A DNA stretch of 63,603 nucleotides, counting the filler, from Octopus bimaculoides (lineage: Eukaryota): the NCBI RefSeq assembly GCF_001194135.2. It is 8 parts of 8 records of this genome, joined end to end, with 100 filler letters (N's around TTAATTAATTAA, not from the genome) between each part and the next. Parts side by side here need not be neighbours in the genome. Positions count along the whole stretch, not along the records: positions 45,744 to 59,352 come from NC_068988.1; positions 59,453 to 63,603 come from NC_068985.1; 6 more parts are not named here. One strand, given 5' to 3'. A program made the position numbers and the translations under genes. Each line of letters opens with the position of its first letter. The stretch's first letter is position 1. The notes below the pieces were generated by a model, which was given only the letters and a program-made list of their open reading frames with translations, made no database searches and was not told where the DNA came from. Positions 53,942 through 63,603 of the stretch are shown one piece after another.

Positions 53942-54278
53942 ACACGCACACACATGCATATATANNNNNNNNNNNNNNNNNNNNNNNNNNNNNNNNNNNN
54001 NNNNNNNNNNNNNNNNNNNNNNNNNNNNNNNNNNNNNNNNNNNNNNNNNNNNNNNNNNNNNNNNNNNNNNNNNNNNNNNNNNNNNNNNNNNNNNNNNNNN
54101 NNNNNNNNNNNNNNNNNNNNNNNNNNNNNNNNNNNNNNNNNNNNNNNNNNNNNNNNNNNNNNNNNNNNNNNNNNNNNNNNNNNNNNNNNNNNNNNNNNNN
54201 NNNNNNNNNNNNNNNNNNNNNNNNNNNNNNNNNNNNNNNNNNNNNNNNNNNNNNNNNNNNNNNNNNNNNNNNNNNNNN

Positions 54279-54351
<73 letters not shown>

Positions 54352-57046
54352 TGTATGTATGTATGTATGTATGTATGTATGTATGTATGTACGACTGTAT
54401 ATATAATTTTGCATCATATCTACATAGTCGTATACAGATATAAATTCCAATATTCTTTCACCTCAATATATATTTCTGTCTCTTTTAAATCAATATATCA
54501 GACACTTACCAGCACCCATGTTTCTTATAATCTTTCTTAAAATATACTCAATGAACTACTACTTAGCCCTCTTCTCGAAGCACTTAAAAATATTTTTCTC
54601 CCCTGAAAAAGCATTCATGTCTAATTTGAGTGTATTTCTCTTCTACTATAGTTTTCCTCCTCAAATTAACACCTTGCCGTACTCCAATCATCATAATATA
54701 TCTCTAGTCATAAACAGCGAAGACAGATAAATTATCGTTAAGTCAGTGTTGTAACCGTAACATTGGATTCGTTTAAAACCCGATAACATCTTACGATATT
54801 TAAGCACCGCTCAGTATAAATCAACTGGTCAGAGATTTCTGGATACCGACTGAATATCTATACTTTCCTAGAGAGATTTCCTAGAGCCGTGAACTAAGAG
54901 CTGTACTGACAATCCATGTACTCCATGTGCAAGTTTCGGTGAGGTGAATTTTTTTATTTCGCATCGGTTCCGAGTCGAAAAGATGAATGACTCAGTAGGC
55001 TCATAACACATCTGTACAAAATATATTTCAGCACAAATTACCTTCAGGTAAGAGGATACCAATTTGCTTATAAAAGTTTGCTTTGCAGCTATGCAGTTTT
55101 GGGTTCTCCGTGGTAATTTCAGCAAGTATCTTCTACTAAAGCCCTAAGCCTACCAAAAGCTTATGACGGAATTGAGAATTTGGCAGATTATAAGACTGTG
55201 GAAGCTCCATACTATATATATATATATATATATATATNNNNNNNNNNAGCTCTGTAGATTTTAGAACATTTATAAATAGAAATTCCTACAGCTGTTTCCA
55301 GGATATTTATTATATCCTTCATCGGAGACGATGTAAGAAGATGGTTAAGCAATAGTTAATTTAGATAAGATACGAAATAGTGAGTGAATTAGAGGAGATA
55401 TGCTGGGATATTGTATTTGTAAATCCATTATCTAGGCAGAATGGTATACAAATAAGATCCCATTACCTTATGAGTAAAATCCAATAGTCTTTAAAATTGG
55501 TCATTCCGAGAATAGAGTTTGTACACAGTGTTATTGAATCAAGGGTTTTATTTAAAGTGACCTAAAAGTAGGGAATGTATTAGTAAGGTCAAATCGAAAG
55601 CAGGAAGAGAGGAATAAAGAAAGAGAAGAAGAAAAAGAAAAATGGAAGAGAACAAGAAGAAAAATCATACCTAAGATTAAACTGTTCCAGCCCAAGACAT
55701 CGTATATATTAGTAGAAATAAAGCCATATTGCCCAATGTATCATTCCATTTTTTAAGATGTGAAGTCTTAACTTTTCTTAGCTGTTATTTTATAGCAAAA
55801 GGAATGACAGCATAAATGTTTCTAAACACACCCATTATAATCCGAGATTCTGTCATCGCGCTTTATGTCTTCCGTTGTCAAACTCCGGGGGTTCTTGGCC
55901 AACGACAAAACAATTAATTCTCTACGATATTTTGAAAAAGACACCACGCTTTATATTACTTAGACGTATACATGATCCAAGTACATTTCATATTATATCT
56001 ATATGCGAGGAGACGTTAAATTAGAAATTTGAATTTTTGTTGAATGAGTACTAATTACATAGTAGTAGTGCTATCAACCAACTCTCGTGAAGATTTTCAG
56101 TTTTTAACTATTACAATAGAAATCGCTGGGATTCAAGATGATTTAATGGCCACGTTGATGTAAGGAGAACACAATCGCGCCTTTTATTTCTTTCGATCAT
56201 TAAACTGAGGTCATGCTGGTACATTGCATATAACAGCTATAGTTGATTATATCGACCACAGTTGTTTGCTTGGTACATATATTATTGATCTGGTTAGAAT
56301 CGGAAAGCTAAATCGGCCTTGATGTAAAGATAAATAATTTCATCGAAACTGGACGCCGCAAGCTAAATTTTCAGTTTAGCAGTAATTCTTCAATCCCACG
56401 CAGGAAAATATACGCTCACGTACACACACAAACTCACACACGTACACATATACATGCACACGTGCACACACACACACTCTCACATGTACCTATAACTATA
56501 CATATTTACATGTGTACATATCGACGAGCTTCCTCTTAAAAATTATGCCTTACCAATTTATAATGTTAGTTCATTCTCGACTACCAGTTCACGTAGCTAT
56601 CTCCCTTTCTCCGTTGCATTATATATGTGCCACAATGGACACCACCCACCTGTATACTGTTAGATCTGTTTTTGAGCAACTGTCGTCAATATCGATTATG
56701 AATTATTTCAGTTGTATGAATAAATGGGTTTCCAAAACAAAAAAAAAAACACAATAAGAAAATTAGAGGGGATATATGAAGATGAATATAAAATATTACA
56801 ACATCAGAGGGAAGAGAAAAAAAATAACATAAATTTTTCCTACATATATATATCTCGTTAACATTTTGAAATCATAAAGACGCCAACATGTTTTGCAAGT
56901 TGGCAGTGAAACAGTATATAATGAGAGAAAGTGACTGTAAGGTCATTGACCAAAGGAAGAAGATACCGAGAAAAAGAGTCAGGCAGCGAGACGAGGAATC
57001 ATAAGGAAAGTGAGAGAGATGTAAACCGATTAAATACACAACTAAA

Positions 57047-57102
<56 letters not shown>

Positions 57103-57114
57103 ATGGTGGTGGTG

Positions 57115-57540
57115 GTGGTTTTAAATTTGGCACAAGGCCAGGGAAATTTATTTGAAGGGGTAAGTAGATAACATTTACTTCCGTACTTGACGGCACTTGT
57201 TTTAACAAACATGGAACGTTCAAATGCAAAGCTGATCTCCACAGAATCTGAACTTAGGACGTAAAGCGTCTGAATAAATGCCACTGCCACTAAGCACTTT
57301 TTTCCAACGCGCTAACGATTCTGCCACCGAGACATACTTAGTTATACGTTTTGGCTTAATGCCTGCAATTTGGGGAAAAAAAGTGTTAGTTGATTACTTC
57401 GATTTCATTTCTCGACTGGTACGTATTTTATCGATCTCGAATTGATATAAAGCAAAATTCATCTCGCCAGAATTTGAACTCAGAAAGTAAAGACGGGCAA
57501 AATACTAATCATTTTGTTCGACGCACTGACGATTCTTCCA
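57115..57540 (-). mobile_element. Two adjacent family-2 SINE copies
   Basis: tttggcacaaggcc..gaatctgaacttaggacgtaaag..cgctaacgattctgcc and actggtacgtattttatcgatc..gaatttgaactcagaa. Confidence 0.75.
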
Positions 57541-57555
57541 CCTAGAATCATTAAT

Positions 57556-57965
57556 AACAAGAGCACTCAGAGATCACAAACCTCCCCCAAGGCAACACAA
57601 ACGTCCTAATAATTTTATTACCTACAAGGGGCGAACACAGAGGGGACAATACATTGACGATTCTTCTACCTAGAAGCATTAATAACAAGAGCACTCAGAG
57701 ATCACAGACCTCCCCCAAGGCAACGCTAACGTCCTGATCTTTTTATTACCTACAAGGGGCGAAACATTACCCACAAGGACCGCTCTCAAAAATTAAATTT
57801 TAAAAAAGCAGGGAAAATAATTCAGTATCTAAAATCGGTCCAAAATGTAAGCAGTTCGTGCCAGTCACCAGGGCAAACATCCCTGTAAGTTCCATCCGAT
57901 TCCATCCAGCGGTTCTTCAGATATCTTGACCACAGACAAACAAACAAACACGACTGAAAACAATA
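57556..57965 (+). mobile_element. Helentron/DINE-1-like non-autonomous element with a duplicated 5' part
   Basis: Starts aacaagagcactcagag; ends gtaagttccatccgattccatccagcggttcttcagatatcttgaccacagacaaacaaacaaacacgactgaaaacaata, which resembles the HINE 3' region. Confidence 0.55.
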
Positions 57966-58170
57966 GTGAAGGGGGAGGTAATAATAATGATAATAATAGT
58001 AGGTTTTTTTCTCAGTCAGTCAGCGTTTACAAACAACGTCGAGAACGGCAGAGGACGATACAACACAGGACGATACAACACAGGACGATACAAGTCTCCT
58101 CCTTAGTCATATTTATTTATAGCTGTCTGTTATTTTGTCTTCTTTTGTACTCAGAATCACAAATACTTAC

Positions 58171-58291
58171 AGTCATTAATGTTTCCACAAATGCAACATC
58201 TAGGTTTTCTACCTTCCACTACCACCCGCAAATGCTGCCCCCCTGGGATCTCTATTAGGTGTGAGTTTTTGTCAAGTGTCTCAAGTTTCAC
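58171..58291 (-). mobile_element. Probable L1/Tx1-type ORF1 remnant (zinc-knuckle-proximal)
   Basis: VKLETLDKNSHLIEIPGGQHLRVVVEGRKPRCCICGN resembles the V.VEGR.P.C..CG motif that leads into the ORF1 CCHC knuckle. Confidence 0.45.
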
Positions 58292-59452
58292 CTGAATCAA
58301 ANNNNNNNNNNCAAACCCATTCCAACTCGATTTTCTTTTCAGAGTCCTTTATTTTATTTATTTATTTTATTTTTTTGTAGCAGCGTTCTTGAGTCTACTA
58401 AAACCACACATTTCACCTACCACCAGAATTCTAGTTGATAACAACATCTCGGATGAATCCGAACTTATGCGCATGTCCCATAAGAGTGATGTCATACGTT
58501 CCTGAAACAGAATTCAGCTTGGTCTCAAGGTATACACTATGATTTGAAGCTTTTCGTCGATAAACATCTACAAAGAATTATTGTCCTTTTTGTTTGGTCT
58601 AAAAGTTATTGCAGTATATTGATCGCAACTTTTCTCTGTTCTTGATGCGTTTATTTGCCTCTGTTAAACGTTCATCCGTCTTGTCTAGTGCATTGAAATC
58701 AAATACACTTGTGATCTTGGCAAAAGAAGTATTTTTTCTCATGACCTCACTACTGTTACTCTTGTTGTTAGTATTAAATGTTGTCGCTGCCTGTCTCCCT
58801 TCTTCTTCGGATGATGGTGGTGGTCAAGGCAATGTACGATTTACTGCTATTGGTTATATTGCGTGCTTCTTTGATCTTCATATTATTGTTCTTGTTGTTG
58901 CTACTGTTGTTCTTGTCATAGTTCTTGATGTTGTTGGTTATGACACTGCTGATATTTTTTTAATTGCTACGACGCCTGTAATATTGCGTGGTAGAAGGTG
59001 ACTGCAAAAAAGGGTTTACCGTCGGAACCTTCTCCCACTTACATTTGTAGTTTTACACATATTGGATGAAAAAGGGGTTTTTGTTTTCAATGTTTCGAAA
59101 AATATTTAACTTCTAATAATATCCCCGCAGGACGAGTATCAATGATGGTTTATCAGTCATTTATGGGTGTAGTCAATTAAAGAAGGTGCAACAATAAAAC
59201 AAACAAAAATTACATGCTTCAAAAGAGGAAATACGGCACAAACACACGGAGCTTCCACAACACTCTAGCTTCATTCATAAAGAATAACATTCATTACACA
59301 TAGCTATACATATATACGCATTTTGCATGCATACATATATATATATATATATNNNNNNNNNNNNNNNNNNNNNNNNNNNNNNNNNNNNNNNNNNNNTTAA
59401 TTAATTAANNNNNNNNNNNNNNNNNNNNNNNNNNNNNNNNNNNNNNNNNNNN

Positions 59453-59825
59453 GTCAGAGTGTAAGTATCTTGAGAGAAAAGCTGAACATAAGAAGCATCA
59501 GTTGTGGTGTGCAAGAGAGGCGATTACTCTGGTATGGAGATGTGGTGAGAATGGATGAGGATAGCTGCGTGAAAAAGTGCCACACCCTAACAGTTGAGGG
59601 AACCCGTGGAAGAGGTAGGCCCAGGGAGACCTGGGCTGAGGTGGTGAGGCAAGACCTTCAAACATTGGGCCTCACCGAGGTGATGGCTTTAGGAAGGGCA
59701 TCCAGCTGTAGAAACTCTGCCAAATTAGATTGGAGCCTAGTGTTGCCATCCGGTTTCACCAGTCCACAGTCAAATCGTCTAACCCATGCTAGCATGGAAA
59801 GCGGACGTTAAACGATGATGATGAT
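59453..59825 (+). mobile_element. RTE-type LINE C-terminus joined to the family-3 tail
   Basis: LREKLNIRSISCGVQERRLLWYGDVVRMDEDSCVKKCHTLTVEGTRGRGRPRETWAEVVRQDLQTLGL. Confidence 0.9.
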
Positions 59826-60808
59826 CAAGACAAAATCAAAATAGTAAAAACAGAATGTCTTGTTGTTTATTTATATGAACTGGATGCTTTTTTGCTTTGT
59901 TTAGAAGAGGAGAATTTTTTTAATGGAAAAAGTAGAGAGAGAAAGAAAAGCAAAGGTGAGAATAGACAGAGAAAAAGGTTTCAGGACAAGAAAGAGGAGA
60001 AAAAATAGTAAAGGATTGGGAGAGGATGGATAGATAGATAGAGAGAAGTTTGTTTTCACTTTGATGTGGTCACTTCATTGAAATTTCATTGCAAAGCATT
60101 TTTTTCTCCTTTCCATTTCTTTTTTCTATCAACGTATTTGTAAATAAACACATCTTCTCACAAGAGCTGGTGACCTTTCAAAGATGTCAATTTTAGGAAG
60201 TAGGATGCAAAAAATTAGAAAAATGGGGAGGGTGTGCGGTCATCACTGAAAAATAAAAAGGAGTTCAAAATCATATGGAAATGTATATTCTGTGTAATTT
60301 CATGTTTTGCATGAATAAATATTAAATATTAGTACAATATCCGTAAATTAGGAAAATATAGTCAGAATATAAAAAAATAATTTGGTACTATATATAATTC
60401 AACCTATTCTCTATGTACATTTAATCAAACTTCATAAATGAGTTTTGAATGTATATTGTATATTTAGCTGGAAGCCAGTCTGTAGGATATAAATTATATA
60501 ATAAAGCAGGGCCTGCTTAAATATATTTTTTTGAGTATCTTTCATCCTTTTGTAGGATTTCTTTTTCTTGCTTGCTTGGATAAAATAATTCAAAAGAGAT
60601 CTTTATCACAAATTACTTTGCCAAGTAGCTACATTAGATATCTTTCCTAATCAGTGGTAAAATGGTTCTAGTATTTTCTCAGGTATATATGTAAGTTGTA
60701 TAAGAACAACAGTTGTCAAAATCCCAATGTCATATATATATATCTCATCATTTATAGAGATGAGTATCACGTTATTAACATTGGAGTCACATTTAGAAAC
60801 AACAGTAA

Positions 60809-61070
60809 TCTATATATATATAAAGCTGAGAATGTGTGTGTGCATCACTAAACCGTGAGAACTACCTAATCAATTTCATTCAAATTTTACACATGCCTTA
60901 CAGTGTCATGGGCTCCAAAAATTTTCAAATTCTTGCCTAATGCAAACCCGGAGCAATCTCTTATCTCTTACACTATTTCAGTATTATGTGTCAAAAGTGA
61001 AACAATTACATCTCTATTGTAATGTGAGGTAATACTTTCAGTTTTAATACTTTCACTATTAATACTGTCA
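60809..61070 (+). mobile_element. Helitron-like non-autonomous element, 5' portion
   Basis: a|TCtatatatatataaagctgagaatgtgtgtgtg..aatttcattcaaattttacacatg is the typical TC-start, TA-run, microsatellite 5' end. No 3' hairpin/CTRR was found. Confidence 0.5.
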
Positions 61071-61074
61071 CTAT

Positions 61075-62023
61075 GTCGTCGTTTAACATCCACTTTCCAT
61101 GCTGGCATGGGTTGGATGGTTTGACTGACGACTGGCGAGGCAGAAAGTTGCACCAGGCTCCTCAATCGGATCTGGCAAAGTTTCTACATCTGGATGCCCT
61201 TCCTAATGCTAACCACTCTGAGAGTGTAGTGGGTGCTTTTATGTGCCACCGGCACGAGGGCCAAGCCAATCTGAAGGTTCTGGCAACGAACATGCTCAAA
61301 AGTTGTTTTTTACATGCTACCTGCATGAGATCCAGTCTGGTGGCACTGGCAACGACCACGCTCGAATGTGGTTTTTCACGTGCCGGTAAGGCAACACTGG
61401 CAACAATCACTTGAATAATGCTTTTTACGTGCCACCGGCACGGGAGCCAATCCATAGCCCTGGCAACAATCATGCTCGGATGTGCTTTTAACATTTCACT
61501 GACATGAGTGCCAATCAGGCGGTACTGTCATCGGCCACGTCAGCGATGTTGATTTAGATTTCACTTGCCTCAGTAGGTCTTTGCAAGCAAAGTTTATTGT
61601 TCAATGAATGAAGGGTACTCATAAGTGGGCTGGTTATACACCACTGGCATAGGCCACGGACTATGGTCTCACTTGATTTGCTGGGTCTTCTCAAGCACAG
61701 CATATCTCCAAAGGTCTTGGTCACTAGTCATTGCCTCAGTAAGGCCCAATGTTCAAAGGTCATGCTTCACCACCTCATCTCGGGTCTTCCTAGGTCTACC
61801 TCTTCCACAGGTTCCCTCAGCTGCTAGAGTGTGACACTTTTTCACACAGCTGTCCTCATTCATTTGCAACACATGACCATACCAGCGCAGTCGTCTCTCT
61901 TGTACACCACATCTGATGCTTCTTAAGTCCAACTTTTCTCTCAGGGCATTACACTCTGTCATGTATGCACACTGACATTACACATCCAACAGAGCATACT
62001 GGCTTCATTCTTTGCGAGCTTAC
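61075..62023 (-). mobile_element. RTE-type LINE 3' end plus 3'UTR
   Basis: KLAKNEASMLCWMCNVSVH..LREKLDLRSIRCGVQERRLRWYGHVLQMNEDSCVKKCHTLAAEGTCGRGRPRKT, then a 3'UTR homologous to 43950-44625. Confidence 0.9.
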
Positions 62024-62762
62024 NNNNNNNNNNNNNNNNNNNNNNNNNNNNNNNNNNNNNNNNNNNNNNNNNNNNNNNNNNNNNNNNNNNNNNNNNNNNN
62101 NNNNNNNNNNNNNNNNNNNNNNNNNNNNNNNNNNNNNNNNNNNNNNNNNNNNNNNNNNNNNNNNNNNNNNNNNNNNNNNNNNNNNNNNNNNNNNNNNNNN
62201 NNNNNNNNNNNNNNNNNNNNNNNNNNNNNNNNNNNNNNNNNNNNNNNNNNNNNNNNNNNNNNNNNNNNNNNNNNNNNNNNNNNNNNNNNNNNNNNNNNNN
62301 NNNNNNNNNNNNNNNNNNNNNNNNNNNNNNNNNNNNNNNNNNNNNNNNNNNNNNNNNNNNNNNNNNNNNNNNNNNNNNNNNNNNNNNNNNNNNNNNNNNN
62401 NNNNNNNNNNNNNNNNNNNNNNNNNNNNNNNNNNNNNNNNNNNNNNNNNNNNNNNNNNNNNNNNNNNNNNNNNNNNNNNNNNNNNNNNNNNNNNNNNNNN
62501 NNNNNNNNNNNNNNNNNNNNNNNNNNNNNNNNNNNNNNNNNNNNNNNNNNNNNNNNNNNNNNNNNNNNNNNNNNNNNNNNNNNNNNNNNNNNNNNNNNNN
62601 NNNNNNNNNNNNNNNNNNNNNNNNNNNNNNNNNNNNNNNNNNNNNNNNNNNNNNNNNNNNNNNNNNNNNNNNNNNNNNNNNNNNNNNNNNNNNNNNNNNN
62701 NNNNNNNNNNNNNNNNNNNNNNNNNNNNNNNNNNNNNNNNNNNNNNNNNNNNNNNNNNNNNN

Positions 62763-63603
62763 AATGAATTCCGGGTAGAGGTAGGGGTCCACCAAGGTTC
62801 CGTCCTCAGCCCCCTCCTATTTATCATAGTCCTCCAGGCGATAAAAGAGGAATTCAAGACAGGTTGCCCCTGGAAGCTCCTCTATGCTGATGACCTTGCA
62901 CTAATTGCAGAGTCACTATCAGAACTAGAGTAGAAGTTTCAGGTGTGGAAGCAAGGACTAGAATCAAAGGGCCTTAGAGTCAACCTAGCTAAAACCGAAA
63001 TCCTAATAAGTAGGAAGGTAGATAAAACACAAACCCCTTCAGGTAGATAGGTCCTGCTCAGTATGTAGAAAAGGAGTAGGTAGTAACTCTATAAGATGTA
63101 CCCGGTGCAGGCTATGGACACATAAGTGGTACAGCAATATCAAAGGCAGGTTAGCTAGGAAGTTATTTTTTGTATGTGGCAGATGTTCAGGTACAATAAA
63201 CACTGTAAACAAACAGGAAACAACTTCTATCTCATTCCAGGGAGAAAAACTAGAGGTAGTCGATAGCTTCCGCTATCTGGGTGACCAAGTTAGTAGTGGG
63301 GGTGGGTGCGCTGAAAGTGTAGCTGCTAGAATAAGAATAGCCTGGGCAAAGTTTAGAGAGCTCTTACCTCTGCTGGCGACAAAGGGACTCTCACTCAGAG
63401 TAAAAGGCAGACTGTATGACGCATGTGTACGAACAGCCATGCTACATGGCAGTGAAACATGGGCTGTGACTGCTGAGGACATGCGTAAGCTCGCAAAGAA
63501 TGAAGCCAGTATGCTCCGTTGGATGTGTAATGTCAGTGTGCATACCCGTCAGAGTGTAAGTATCTTGAGAGAAAAGCTGAACATAAGAAGCATCAGTTGT
63601 GGT
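62763..63603 (+). mobile_element. RTE-type LINE reverse-transcriptase fragment with stops
   Basis: EFRVEVGVHQGSVLSPLLFIIVLQAIKEEFKTGCPWKLLYADDLALIAESLSELE* (RT motifs QG..LSP and YADD), then FRYLGD..ARIRIAWAKFRELLPLL. Confidence 0.95.

Noticed and set aside
58049-58093. Three tandem 15-bp units (caggacgatacaaca)
   Set aside because: No spacers and too short for CRISPR; an ordinary minisatellite in a eukaryotic sequence.
58171-58291. Open minus-strand segment with acceptor and gtaagt donor (phase 0 to 1) as a possible upstream HES exon
   Set aside because: It ends in T, so splicing to the AA of the terminal exon creates TAA; the peptide also looks like LINE ORF1.

Overview
Gappy draft-assembly animal genomic DNA, AT-rich and dense in microsatellites, SINEs and LINE fragments. 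The repeat make-up resembles an octopod cephalopod genome (inference, not a database result). One host gene is well supported: the large terminal coding exon of a Hairy/HES-family bHLH-Orange repressor on the minus strand (40651-41804). It has an Orange domain, an HC-like motif and WRPW followed by four extra residues (NAVE). I could not find its bHLH exons in the sequenced part. The rest is mostly decayed mobile DNA: RTE-type LINE pieces, an RLE (HERO/R4-like) LINE piece, L1/Tx1-like pieces, a mariner 3' end, MITEs, Helitron/Helentron-like ends and at least three tRNA-derived SINE-like families. A CpG-depleted block at about 20.8-39.3 kb, between CpG-intact DNA, suggests a methylated gene body; its exons are only weak candidates. 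Two hammerhead-ribozyme-like (Penelope-type) motifs are visible, one in the presumptive HES 3'UTR, but both have core mutations. Nearly all other ORFs in the track are microsatellite or N-gap artefacts. Repeat boundaries are approximate. No clearly new biological system is demonstrated; the best leads are listed as hypotheses.
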